A stretch of 56,657 nt of DNA from the NCBI GenBank assembly GCA_026391595.1, contig JAPLDY010000152.1, positions 1-56,657 of the forward strand. The letters run 5' to 3'. The notes under the pieces are model-generated. The model saw only the letters and a list, made by a program, of their open reading frames with translations. It was not told the DNA's origin and did not search any database. The translations under genes were made by a program, and so were the position numbers. This DNA is from Bacteroidia bacterium. GTDB taxonomy: Bacteria; Bacteroidota; Bacteroidia; Bacteroidales; VadinHA17. Positions 19,359 through 30,379 of this stretch are shown here, in pieces. Every line of letters starts with the position of its first letter. Position 1 is the first letter of the stretch.

Positions 19359-19730
19359 TTATTCAGCCTGCTCAATCATAATTTTCTTCACTACCCTGGC
19401 ACCGTCATCCAGAACTATTGTTACAAGATACATCCCTCTTTTTGGATTATCAAGATTGATTTTTGTAAGTGTCTCAGGGTTATTACATTTTACCTTGAAA
19501 ATATCCTGTCCAATGATATTGGTTACCTTAACACTTGTGATCTCCTTTTCGCTTCTTATTGTAAAATAATTCTCTCTTATCGGAACAGGATATATAGTAA
19601 TACTGGCGTTTGCAGCATCGGCCAAAGCGCTTTTTTGAACCTGATAGGGTGAAACATTAACGGTATCCTTCTGTGCTTGAAGGCCTAAAGTAAAAATGAT
19701 AAAGAGAATAAAGAGCAAACTCTTCTTCAT
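19359..19730 (-). CDS. Small protein with T9SS (Por) C-terminal sorting domain
   Basis: Signal peptide; IYPVP...GMYLVTI...VVKKIMIE. Confidence 0.85.
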   Translation of the reverse strand: MKKSLLFILFIIFTLGLQAQKDTVNVSPYQVQKSALADAANASITIYPVPIRENYFTIRSEKEITSVKVTNIIGQDIFKVKCNNPETLTKINLDNPKRGMYLVTIVLDDGARVVKKIMIEQAE

Positions 19731-19781
19731 ATATACCGTTTTGTGTTATGCATCAAAAATTGTGCTAAAGTTAGCAAATAT

Positions 19782-20555
19782 TTAAACAAAATCATTAAGA
19801 TGTCTGAGAGCACTCTCCAGATCATCAGGTGTGTCAATGCTGATACTTTCACGGTCGGTTAACTCTGTCCTTATTTTAAGGCCGTTTTCAAGCCATCTGT
19901 TTTGTTCAAGCGATTCGGCAATTTCAAGGGGGCTTCTTTCCAGCAGGGTAATTTTTTTCAGGGCTTCAGTGGTATAAGCGTAAAGCCCCAGATGCTTGAA
20001 GAAAACGTGCTCTTTTGACCATAAAGCAGACTCAGTGTCCCTGTAATACGGAATGACAGCCCTGCTGAAATAAATTGCATTTCCCTCCCTATCGAGTACC
20101 ACCTTCACATGATTCGGATTAAAAATATCTTCACCCGAGCTGGTTTTCCTTATGAGTGTGGCGATCTCTACCTTTTTATCATTAAAGCATGATTTGAGGA
20201 GGTTTATCTGCTCGTGGTCAATAAAAGGCTCATCCCCCTGAATATTCAGCACAATGTCGATCTTCTGTCCTGTTTCATCCATTATTATGTCAACAGCCTC
20301 AGCACAACGGTCAGTCCCGCTTAAGTGTTCTGTCGATGTCAGTACAGCCTTGCCGCCGAAATCCCTGACTGCATTTATTATCCTTTCATCATCGGTCGCC
20401 ACATAAACCAGGTCAACTGCTTTTCCTGCCTGCTCATACACCCTCTGGATCATGGACTTGTTACCTATCCTCACAAGTGGTTTCCCGGGAAACCTTGAAG
20501 AGGCATAACGTGCAGGAATAATGGCTGCAAAGTGATTACCGGATTGTTTTCTCAT
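19782..20555 (-). CDS. kdsB: 3-deoxy-manno-octulosonate cytidylyltransferase
   Basis: IIPARYASSRFPGKPL, SGTDR, NIQGDEP, ESLEQNRWLE. Confidence 0.96.
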   Translation of the reverse strand: MRKQSGNHFAAIIPARYASSRFPGKPLVRIGNKSMIQRVYEQAGKAVDLVYVATDDERIINAVRDFGGKAVLTSTEHLSGTDRCAEAVDIIMDETGQKIDIVLNIQGDEPFIDHEQINLLKSCFNDKKVEIATLIRKTSSGEDIFNPNHVKVVLDREGNAIYFSRAVIPYYRDTESALWSKEHVFFKHLGLYAYTTEALKKITLLERSPLEIAESLEQNRWLENGLKIRTELTDRESISIDTPDDLESALRHLNDFV

Positions 20556-20629
20556 CTTGCGAATTTACGAAAATTGAATTTCCCAATGTTTTAAAAATAT
20601 CTTAAATTCGCACATTCTTTAAAAGGATA

Positions 20630-21871
20630 ATGAAAGATCTTCAAAATATTAAGCAACGGTTTGGAATTATAGGTAACGATGAAGGGCTGAACAGGGCAAT
20701 CGATATTGCCGTTCAGGTTGCACCCACCGATCTTTCTGTTCTTATAACCGGCGAGAGCGGAACAGGAAAGGAAGTCTTCCCCCAGGTCATTCACAACTAT
20801 AGCGCCCGTAAACATGGTCAGTATATTGCAGTAAACTGCGGCGCAATACCTGAAGGGACAATTGATTCGGAGCTTTTCGGACACGAAAAGGGCTCATTCA
20901 CCGGTGCTACAGATAGCCGCAAGGGGTATTTTGAGGTGGCCGACGGAGGGACAATCTTCCTTGATGAAGTTGTGGAACTGCCACTCTCCACACAGGTCAG
21001 GCTGCTCAGGGTGCTGGAAACAGGCGAGTTCATAAGAGTAGGTTCATCAAAGGTTCAGAAGACAAACGTGAGGGTCATTGCTGCCAGCAATGTAGATGTA
21101 ACAGCAGCAATAAACAACGGAAGATTCAGGGAGGATCTTTTCTACAGGCTCAACACGGTACCTATAAAAATGCCTGCTCTGAGAGAACGGGGCGATGATA
21201 TCTTTCTTCTTTTCAGGAAATTTGCTGTTGATTTTGCGGAAAAATACCGCATGCCGGCAATAAAGATAGACCATGATTCAAGAAATCTGCTTTTAAACTA
21301 TTCATGGCCAGGCAACGTCAGGCAGCTGAAGAACATCACCGAACAGATATCCATTATTGAAAGTGAACGTGAAATAACAGCCTCAACTCTGAAGGCGTAT
21401 CTGCCTGAATATGACGGTGTAAAGCTTCCGGCTGTAATAAAAAGGGAAGATGATAAAAACTACTCATCAGAGCGTGAGATTCTCTACAAGATCCTCTTCG
21501 ACATGAAGAGTGACATGAATGATCTGAAAAAGCTGGTCTATGATCTGATACAGAATGGGGGAACAGAAACTATTAAAGAGAGGGATTCCAGGGTTTTAAA
21601 GAACCTTTTCAGGGATTCTAAAATTGATATGGAGGAACCGAAGCAGGATGTCGGAACGCAGGTCGACTTCCCACTGCGGAAGGGAAGGGAGGATATCGTG
21701 GATACAGAGGAGATAATAGAAGAATCATTGTCGCTTGCTGACAATGAAGTGGAAATGATAAAGAAAGCTCTTGAAAAATACAGCGGGAAGAGAAAACTTG
21801 CAGCCCATGAACTCGGAATTTCCGAACGAACTTTATATAGAAAAATCAAGGAATATGGCATTGAAATGTAA
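20630..21871 (+). CDS. Sigma54-dependent enhancer-binding protein (AAA+ and Fis HTH, no N-terminal sensor domain)
   Basis: GESGTGKE, SELFGHEKGSFTGA, FREDLFYRLN, WPGNVRQL, LGISERTLYRK. Confidence 0.93.
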   Translation: MKDLQNIKQRFGIIGNDEGLNRAIDIAVQVAPTDLSVLITGESGTGKEVFPQVIHNYSARKHGQYIAVNCGAIPEGTIDSELFGHEKGSFTGATDSRKGYFEVADGGTIFLDEVVELPLSTQVRLLRVLETGEFIRVGSSKVQKTNVRVIAASNVDVTAAINNGRFREDLFYRLNTVPIKMPALRERGDDIFLLFRKFAVDFAEKYRMPAIKIDHDSRNLLLNYSWPGNVRQLKNITEQISIIESEREITASTLKAYLPEYDGVKLPAVIKREDDKNYSSEREILYKILFDMKSDMNDLKKLVYDLIQNGGTETIKERDSRVLKNLFRDSKIDMEEPKQDVGTQVDFPLRKGREDIVDTEEIIEESLSLADNEVEMIKKALEKYSGKRKLAAHELGISERTLYRKIKEYGIEM

Positions 21872-22397
21872 TGTAAAAACGTTATTTTCAGGAAGGAGCC
21901 TGCCATATCTGATTTTCATAGCAGGAGTGTTGCTTTTATACGGTTGCAAGATTAAATATTCCTTATCCGGAGCAAGCATCTCACCAGATGTAAAGACCTT
22001 AAGTGTCCAGTATTTCCAGAACAGGGCTAACCTTGTTCAGGCCAATCTGAGCCAGAGTCTCACGGATGCCCTTATCGACAAATGCAAGGCACAGACAAAT
22101 CTCAGCATGACGAGCAGTATCGGTGACGTAAATTTTGAGGGTGAGATAACTGACTATAACACAAGACCTCTGACTGTAGCAGCTGATGCCCTGGCGGCAA
22201 CCAACAGGTTTACAATTTCAGTCAGGGTTAAATTTACAAATGCTGTCCAGCCTGAATATAACTTTGAGCAGACCTTCTCGCGCTATGAGGACTACAGCAG
22301 CGAACTTGACCTGAGTGCGGTTGAAAAAGAGCTCTCCGACAAGATTATTGAACTGCTGATCGAGGATATTTTCAACAAGGCTTTCGTGAACTGGTAA
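21855..22397 (+). CDS. lptE: LptE-family lipoprotein
   Basis: LLLYGC lipobox, YSLSGASI, IFNKAFVNW end; conserved gene order. Confidence 0.75.
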   Translation: MALKCNVKTLFSGRSLPYLIFIAGVLLLYGCKIKYSLSGASISPDVKTLSVQYFQNRANLVQANLSQSLTDALIDKCKAQTNLSMTSSIGDVNFEGEITDYNTRPLTVAADALAATNRFTISVRVKFTNAVQPEYNFEQTFSRYEDYSSELDLSAVEKELSDKIIELLIEDIFNKAFVNW

Positions 22398-22402
22398 CTG
22401 TT

Positions 22403-23293
22403 ATGAACAGAAATGATTTTCTGAGGATGATTGAGAGCTCCGGACCAGCCGATCGCACCATGATCGGTGAGGTAAATGAGCTAATTAATATCTTCCCGTA
22501 TTTCCAGAGTGCATACCTTTTGATGCTTAAAGGGCTTCAGAATACTTCTGACGTAAAGTTTGAAAACCAGCTCCGGATCTCTGCCATGCATATTGCTGAC
22601 CGGGAAGTACTTTATTATTTGCTGAAGAAAGAGCCTGATGCTGAGGAAGTGAAGGAAGTTGTAACTGCCGGGACGACTGTTGTATCACCGGAGGATTCGG
22701 CAGAAAGCCAGCAGGTAGTGATCGAATCAGCAAAAAACAGCGAGGACTTTATCAATGAAATAGAAAAAGAGGCACTCCCGGCAGAAGATGATGAAGAACT
22801 GCTGGATCATTCTGTTCTCATCTCGGAAGAATCAGATGAAGAAGATGAAGATTCAACTATTTTTATTATCGATTCGGAATCTGGTTCAGAAGAAGAAAAA
22901 ATAATCTATATGGATCCGGGGTTTTCTGTCCCGGAACCTGAAAAGCTTCTTGAGCTTCTACCGGAAGAGAACACTACTTTATCATCAGAACCACTGACGG
23001 ATCCAGTAACTAAGAAACAGCTTCAATCGGAACTTATTGATAAATTCATAATAGCAAATCCCAGAATCGAACCCAGGAAAGAAAAATCTGAAGCTCAAAA
23101 TATAGATTTCTCGACTCCGTACATTGAAGAGAAAGGCGGATTTGTAACGGAAACACTTGCCAGAATATATATTAATCAGGGCTATTATTCGAGGGCTATA
23201 GATATTTATGAGAAACTAAGTTTGAAATTTCCGGAAAAAAGTAGTTACTTTGCGACGCAAATTGAAAAAGTGAAAGAATTATTAAAAAAGTAA
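22403..23293 (+). CDS. Conserved acidic protein with C-terminal TPR
   Basis: FPYFQ N-terminus; TETLARIYINQG...KFPEKSSYFA. Confidence 0.8.
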   Translation: MNRNDFLRMIESSGPADRTMIGEVNELINIFPYFQSAYLLMLKGLQNTSDVKFENQLRISAMHIADREVLYYLLKKEPDAEEVKEVVTAGTTVVSPEDSAESQQVVIESAKNSEDFINEIEKEALPAEDDEELLDHSVLISEESDEEDEDSTIFIIDSESGSEEEKIIYMDPGFSVPEPEKLLELLPEENTTLSSEPLTDPVTKKQLQSELIDKFIIANPRIEPRKEKSEAQNIDFSTPYIEEKGGFVTETLARIYINQGYYSRAIDIYEKLSLKFPEKSSYFATQIEKVKELLKK

Positions 23294-23297
23294 CCAG

Positions 23298-23657
23298 ATG
23301 GGAATATATATTTTTGTGTCGGTCTTGGTTCTAATAGCGTGTGTCTTCCAGATACTTATTGTTTTGGTTCAGAATTCAAAAGGAGGAGGACTTGCTGCAA
23401 ATTTTACATCAGCCGGCCAAACTATGGGAATCCGCAAAACTGCAGATTTTCTTGAAAAAGCAACCTGGACGCTTGCAGTAGCCATATTGATTTTATCCCT
23501 TGTTGCAACTGCTACCATACCTAAGAAAGACAGGCAGGCAGGCCCAAGAACGAGCCTCGATCAGGCGGTAAATCCACGTGACATACCTACGCTGCCGCAA
23601 GCAGTTCCTCCTGCATCAACTACTACTTCAACAGGGAACAATCAACCTAAAAAGTGA
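23298..23657 (+). CDS. secG: Preprotein translocase subunit SecG
   Basis: VLVQNSKGGGL, FLEKATW. Confidence 0.95.
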   Translation: MGIYIFVSVLVLIACVFQILIVLVQNSKGGGLAANFTSAGQTMGIRKTADFLEKATWTLAVAILILSLVATATIPKKDRQAGPRTSLDQAVNPRDIPTLPQAVPPASTTTSTGNNQPKK

Positions 23658-23681
23658 TATTGTTATAAGGATATATCTCTT

Positions 23682-23717
23682 AAGGTGTCAGTTTGTCACA
23701 TAAACTGACACCTTTTT
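23682..23717 (+). terminator. secG terminator hairpin carrying TGTCA/TGACA boxes
   Basis: AAGGTGTCAGTTT-GTCACAT-AAACTGACACCTT followed by TTT. Confidence 0.7.
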
Positions 23718-23742
23718 GTTTAAAAATGTCATGTTTCACCCT

Positions 23743-23758
23743 TTGGCATAGAATATGT
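23743..23758 (+). promoter_or_regulatory. Putative sigma54 (-24/-12) promoter of groES-groEL
   Basis: TTGGCATAGAATATGT; GG at 23745-46, non-canonical -12 (GT). Confidence 0.45.
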
Positions 23759-23803
23759 AAAAACAAGTCGATAATAGATTTTTAACTTTAAAACTAAAAT
23801 AAA

Positions 23804-24082
23804 ATGGCACAATTAAAAGGTAAAATTCTGGCAGGCAAGGTTCTGGTAAAACCTTATGAAGCTGAAGCTAAAACTGCCAGCGGAATAATCATTCCTGATT
23901 CCGCAAAGGAAAAACCCCGTCAGGGAAAAGTAGTACTTGTCGGTGCAGCAAAGAAAGATGAAGAAATGGAAGTCAAAAAAGGCGATGAAGTTCTTTACGG
24001 GAAATACTCAGGACAGGAACTTACAATTGATGGCGAGGATTATCTGCTTGTTTCTCAGTCAGATATACTTTTTATAGCGTAA
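23804..24082 (+). CDS. groES: Co-chaperonin GroES
   Basis: [24 protein letters not shown]. Confidence 0.98.
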   Translation: MAQLKGKILAGKVLVKPYEAEAKTASGIIIPDSAKEKPRQGKVVLVGAAKKDEEMEVKKGDEVLYGKYSGQELTIDGEDYLLVSQSDILFIA

Positions 24083-25744
<1,662 letters not shown>

Positions 25745-25767
25745 AATTATTTCAAAACAGATAATTT

Positions 25768-25797
25768 CGTAGGGGCGCTGCATGCAACGCCCCTACG
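25768..25797. repeat. GTAG-type REP palindrome, probably also the groEL terminator
   Basis: CGTAGGGGCG-CTGCATGCAA-CGCCCCTACG followed by TATTTTT. Confidence 0.75.
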
Positions 25798-25841
25798 TAT
25801 TTTTATATATATTTGCACCTGATTTTCATTCCGGATTCCCG

Positions 25842-27629
25842 ATGAACAACATCCGTAATTTCTGCATTATAGCACATATCGACCACGGTAAAAGCACCCT
25901 GGCCGACAGGCTGCTTGAGAAGACAAAGACGATTACGGAAAGAGAATACCAGGACCAGGTTCTTGATGATATGGACCTTGAACGCGAACGCGGAATAACA
26001 ATCAAGAGTCATGCGATTCAGATGGAGTACATCCATGAAGGAAAGAAATATTTTCTTAACCTTATCGATACACCGGGACATGTAGACTTCTCGTATGAAG
26101 TGTCGCGTTCCATCGCTGCATGCGAGGGAGCCCTGCTGGTAATAGATGCCACCCAGGGAATTCAGGCCCAGACCATTGCCAACCTGTACAAAGCACTCGA
26201 TCACGACCTGATAATAATACCTATTCTTAACAAGATGGATATGGCCAATGCCATGCCTGAAGAAGTTAAGGACCAGATTGTCGATCTGGTTGAATGCAAA
26301 CGTGAGGACATAATAGAGACAAGTGCAAGAACTGGCATGGGCATCGATGCAATCCTTTCAGCGATCGTCAACTATATTCCCCCTCCGAAAGGAGATCCTG
26401 ATGCTCCTTTGCAGGCACTTATTTTCGATTCGATTTTTAATTCTTTCAGAGGGATAATTGCATATTTCAGAATTTTCAATGGTACAATCCGTAAAGGCGA
26501 CAGGGTAAAATTTGTCAGCACGGATCACGAATATAATGCTGAAGAGATAGGTGTACTCAAACTAAGACAGGAACCCAGGGATATCCTTGGTGCCGGTGAC
26601 GTCGGATATATAATTTCCGGAGTCAAAAACTCGGTAGAAGTAAAAGTTGGTGACACTATCACTAATGTCAAGGATCCCTGTGACAGGGCAATAGAAGGCT
26701 TTGCAGATGTAAAACCGATGGTTTTTGCGGGAATGTATCCTGTTGATGCTGATGAATATGAGGATCTCAGAAGTTCCATCGAAAAGCTTCAGCTTAACGA
26801 TGCATCATTATCGTTCATACCTGAATCTTCAGCAGCACTCGGTTTTGGATTCAGGTGCGGATTCCTTGGGTTGCTTCATATGGAGATTATCCAGGAAAGA
26901 CTCGACAGGGAATTCGACATGGACGTAATAACAACGGTTCCAAACGTATCATTTAAGGTTTTCACCACAAAAGGAGAAGAGATCGATGTACATAATCCCT
27001 CAGGCCTTCCTCCTATTACCCATATCGACCGGATTGAAGAACCATACATCATAGCTCAGGTGATTACGCTGTCGGAATATGTGGGACCCATAATGAAACT
27101 TTGCATTGACAGGAGAGGGGTGCTGAAAAATCAGATCTATCTTACAAGGGACAGGGTGGAACTTACATTTGAGATGCCGCTCTCGGAAATAATATTTGAT
27201 TTTTACGACAAGCTTAAAAGTATCTCGAAAGGATATGCATCATTTGATTATTATTATACTGCTTATCAGAATGCTGACCTGGTAAGGCTTGATATTCTTC
27301 TTAACGGAGAGATGGTTGATGCACTGTCGACATTAATCTACAGGGGGCATGCATATGAATTCGGTCGCAAGATGTGTGTCAAGCTGAAGGAACTTATTCC
27401 ACGTCAGCAGTTCGATATTGCCATTCAGGCTGCTATAGGTGCAAAAATTATTGCCAGGGAAACAGTCAAGGCTGTCAGGAAAGATGTGACAGCAAAATGC
27501 TATGGAGGAGATATTACCAGGAAAAGAAAACTGCTTGAAAAGCAAAAAAAAGGAAAGAAAAGAATGCGTCAGATAGGTAATGTTGAGGTTCCTCAACAGG
27601 CATTTCTTGCAGTACTGAAACTTGACTGA
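25842..27629 (+). CDS. lepA: Elongation factor 4
   Basis: [38 protein letters not shown]; ATG at 25842 after TATATTTG (25808-25815). Confidence 0.99.
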   Translation: MNNIRNFCIIAHIDHGKSTLADRLLEKTKTITEREYQDQVLDDMDLERERGITIKSHAIQMEYIHEGKKYFLNLIDTPGHVDFSYEVSRSIAACEGALLVIDATQGIQAQTIANLYKALDHDLIIIPILNKMDMANAMPEEVKDQIVDLVECKREDIIETSARTGMGIDAILSAIVNYIPPPKGDPDAPLQALIFDSIFNSFRGIIAYFRIFNGTIRKGDRVKFVSTDHEYNAEEIGVLKLRQEPRDILGAGDVGYIISGVKNSVEVKVGDTITNVKDPCDRAIEGFADVKPMVFAGMYPVDADEYEDLRSSIEKLQLNDASLSFIPESSAALGFGFRCGFLGLLHMEIIQERLDREFDMDVITTVPNVSFKVFTTKGEEIDVHNPSGLPPITHIDRIEEPYIIAQVITLSEYVGPIMKLCIDRRGVLKNQIYLTRDRVELTFEMPLSEIIFDFYDKLKSISKGYASFDYYYTAYQNADLVRLDILLNGEMVDALSTLIYRGHAYEFGRKMCVKLKELIPRQQFDIAIQAAIGAKIIARETVKAVRKDVTAKCYGGDITRKRKLLEKQKKGKKRMRQIGNVEVPQQAFLAVLKLD

Positions 27630-27749
27630 AACAAAAGAAAGCCCTTAAATTTTATATTCGACATTTGTACAAATATAAAAAAACACTATTTTAGCCGAAC
27701 GATATAAGGGGGTACTAAGAAATTTTAATCCTAATATTTAACCTAAGCA

Positions 27750-27783
27750 AAAATGCCCCGGCCTGTAAAGCCGGGGTAATTTT
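27750..27783. terminator. Bidirectional terminator
   Basis: GCCCCGGC-CTGTAAA-GCCGGGGT flanked by A and T runs. Confidence 0.75.
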
Positions 27784-28470
27784 TTAGCATAACAGCTTAT
27801 ATCCTCTTCCATGCACATTCAGGATCTTTACTGAAGCATCCTTCTTAAGGTACTTCCTCAGTCTTGTTATATAGACATCCATGCTTCGTGCATTGAAATA
27901 ATTGTCATCGATCCAGATCGATTTCAATGCAAAATTGCGTTCAAGGATCTCATTCCTGTGACGGCACAGCAGTTCAAGAAGCTCAGATTCCTTTGTCGTG
28001 AGCTTCACCGGCTGATTATCGAAAGAAAGCACCTGCTTTAGAGGATCAAATGTGTAATTCCCAATTGTGTACATCGATTCTTTCCTGGGAACCGCCGATC
28101 CGGCACTCCTTTTAAGTATTGCCTGGATCCGGTAAAGAAGCTCCTCCATTGAGAATGGTTTTGTAATATAATCATCGGCACCTGTCCGGAACCCTTCAAG
28201 AATATCTTCCTTCTGGCTCTTAGCAGTAAGAAATATTATTGGTATTGAAGGATTGATTTTTCTTATTTCCCTGGCCAGTGTCAGCCCGTCAATCTCAGGC
28301 ATCATAATGTCAAGAATACAGAGTTCAAACTGATGTCGGGGGAATTCTTCCAGTGCCTGCAATCCATTAACCAGTAATGTAGTATCATAATTTTTGACAG
28401 ATAAGTAGTCTTTAAGCAGCATACCAAGGTTGCTGTCATCTTCGGCGAGCAAAACTTTTGTGATTTTCAT
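27784..28470 (-). CDS. rprY: OmpR-family response regulator, RprY-like
   Basis: Receiver (LAEDD, LDIMMP) and winged HTH with WIDDNYFNARSMDVYI. Confidence 0.85.
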   Translation of the reverse strand: MKITKVLLAEDDSNLGMLLKDYLSVKNYDTTLLVNGLQALEEFPRHQFELCILDIMMPEIDGLTLAREIRKINPSIPIIFLTAKSQKEDILEGFRTGADDYITKPFSMEELLYRIQAILKRSAGSAVPRKESMYTIGNYTFDPLKQVLSFDNQPVKLTTKESELLELLCRHRNEILERNFALKSIWIDDNYFNARSMDVYITRLRKYLKKDASVKILNVHGRGYKLLC

Positions 28471-30026
28471 TTTCGTCCGGTTTTAGGAATTGTAATTGTG
28501 AATCGGGTACCTTTATTGATCTGGCTGTCAGCACTGATAGTTCCGCTATGGTCCTCGATCACCTTTTTGACATAGCTTAGTCCAAGACCAAAACCTTTAA
28601 CATCATGGAGGTTCCCGGAATGGACACGATAGAACTTGTCATAGATCCTCTTGAGCTCTTTTTTGCTTATCCCGATACCTTTATCCTCAATGGTAATAAT
28701 TATTGCTTTTTTCGAGTTCCTGGTCGCTATATTTATTTCGGGATTACCCTTTGAGTACTTAATTGAATTATCTATCAGGTTGGAGATTGCATTCAGAAAA
28801 TGAGCTTCGTCAATCATGACATGAGCTTCACCTGCCTGAAAGTCCTTTACGATAACACCCTGACAGCTTCTAATCTGGAGTGCAAAATTCTCAATTGCGC
28901 CTGAAAGGATGTTATGAATATCCATATCGGCAAGATTGAACTTCATTTTTGTTTTTTCAAAAATAGCCATCTGGAGCACTTTCTCTACCTGGAATTTAAG
29001 CCTCATACTTTCGTCGGAAATGACTTTAGCCAGGTTATCGATATTTTTATTTTCGTCAGATATGGTTTTGTCGGCCATCATTTGAGAAGCCAGGGAGATC
29101 GTAGAAATGGGCGTTTTAAGCTCATGGGTCATGTTGTTTATAAAGTCGTTCCTTATCTCCGATATCTTCTTCTGGCGGAATATAACAATGAAAGTGCTTG
29201 TTGCAAGAATAAGCAGCAAAAGGGTGAAAAGAAGGGACAGGAAACCCAGGGATCCGATCTTTTCAAACTTATATTGCTGTTCCTGAAGGCAGTACATTAC
29301 CAGCTGGTTCTGACCCGGAAGAGGATCATTTGGGAACAGCTGTATTATGAATTTGCTTGCCCCGGGTTTGTCAGTAAAGCCTGGTGTTTTGTAAATTGCA
29401 CCGGTACGGCCGGAACGGATTGAAAATTCAAAATCAAGGAAGATCCCTACATTATTAAGGGCGCTCCTTATCGATTTCTTTAGAACATCAGGATCAATCC
29501 TTTCTTTGATATCGGGGGTTTCAGACAGTATCTTATCCATTATCTTTTCAAGGAAGACAATTTTATTGGTGACCCTGCCCTTAAGTTCAGCACTGATAGA
29601 CTCTGCTGAAGTTTCTGTCAATTCATCAGGGTGAGAATATGCGGTGATATCTTCGGATGATATGACGATCCTTTGTCCCGAGCTGGTAATGGTTATCGGT
29701 TCATCCTTGCTGTTCAGTCCATATATCTCGAGGAGCTCTGAATTGGGTTGATATCCTCTTAGTTTTCGTGCGAGAGGTGAGTTTGCCGGGACAATTGCTG
29801 TTACTGAATCTGTTGAGTAAACATCAATTTGTTCCATTATATTCTTAATCAGCTCCTGTTCCTCAAGATCGAGAACCACTGCCTCCAATGCTTTATTCGC
29901 ATCTGTCCGGAACTGCTGGTCGGTCATCTCGATGGCATTCCTAATCCAATACAGCTGTATAAATACTATCCCTGTAATGGCAAGGAAAAAGAAAATGGCC
30001 AGCAATACAATGATTTTTCGCTTCAT
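28467..30026 (-). CDS. rprX: Sensor histidine kinase, RprX-like
   Basis: NNMTHELKTPISTISLA H-box, GFGLGLSYV G-box, two TM helices. Confidence 0.85.
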   Translation of the reverse strand: MKRKIIVLLAIFFFLAITGIVFIQLYWIRNAIEMTDQQFRTDANKALEAVVLDLEEQELIKNIMEQIDVYSTDSVTAIVPANSPLARKLRGYQPNSELLEIYGLNSKDEPITITSSGQRIVISSEDITAYSHPDELTETSAESISAELKGRVTNKIVFLEKIMDKILSETPDIKERIDPDVLKKSIRSALNNVGIFLDFEFSIRSGRTGAIYKTPGFTDKPGASKFIIQLFPNDPLPGQNQLVMYCLQEQQYKFEKIGSLGFLSLLFTLLLLILATSTFIVIFRQKKISEIRNDFINNMTHELKTPISTISLASQMMADKTISDENKNIDNLAKVISDESMRLKFQVEKVLQMAIFEKTKMKFNLADMDIHNILSGAIENFALQIRSCQGVIVKDFQAGEAHVMIDEAHFLNAISNLIDNSIKYSKGNPEINIATRNSKKAIIITIEDKGIGISKKELKRIYDKFYRVHSGNLHDVKGFGLGLSYVKKVIEDHSGTISADSQINKGTRFTITIPKTGRK

Positions 30027-30033
30027 ACCTGTA

Positions 30034-30085
30034 CAAAAGTACTACTATAAATAATGCAACTTTTACCCCTTTAACTTTCTTTAAC
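30034..30085 (-). promoter_or_regulatory. rprXY promoter with tandem GTTAA direct repeat
   Basis: TACTTTTG -7 element at 30034-30041; TTAAC at 30071-75 and 30081-85. Confidence 0.55.
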
Positions 30086-30236
30086 AAGGGAAGAATGTTC
30101 AAGCCTTGTTATATTGTACTGAAAGATAGCCGGACAATAAAAATTTTTAACATATTATTAAAAAAATGTTAATTTTCAACAGTTTAGCAAAAAACATTTT
30201 TTTATTAGGTATGCTGTATTTATCTTTGTAAAGGAT

Positions 30237-30252
30237 TTGGCACGATATTTGA
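30237..30252 (+). promoter_or_regulatory. Sigma54 -24/-12 promoter
   Basis: TTGGCACGATATTTGA (TGGCAC-N5-TTG); a TATCTTTG -7 element also lies at 30221-30228. Confidence 0.7.
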
Positions 30253-30263
30253 AAAAGAAAATA

Positions 30264-30345
30264 TAGAGGTTTTTTTCATAGGTTAGGTTAGTTTTAGGGT
30301 TATTAAAAAATGAGCCGTCCCGAGTTCTCGGGACGGCTCTTCTTA
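30264..30345 (+). ncRNA. Candidate sigma54-dependent small RNA
   Basis: Promoter, short U/G-rich body and strong terminator with no plausible + strand ORF. Confidence 0.55.
30312..30345. terminator. Strong bidirectional intrinsic terminator
   Basis: GAGCCGTCCCGA-GTTC-TCGGGACGGCTC, with T-rich tails on both strands. Confidence 0.85.
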
Positions 30346-30379
30346 TTTATATAGATCAGGTTTGAATCAGGTTGCCTGG

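Noticed and set aside
19753-19768. Sigma54-like TAGCACAATTTTTGA upstream of the T9SS mini-protein
   Set aside because: It lacks the invariant GG and overlaps a TAACTTTA -7-like element, so it is ambiguous.
23660-23803. CIRCE element before groES
   Set aside because: No TTAGCACTC-N9-GAGTGCTAA is present.
30220-30279. 19-codon minus-strand ORF MKKTSIFSFSNIVPNPLQR
   Set aside because: It sits just past a terminator with no evident promoter and overlaps the + strand promoters; kept only as the alternative to the sRNA model.
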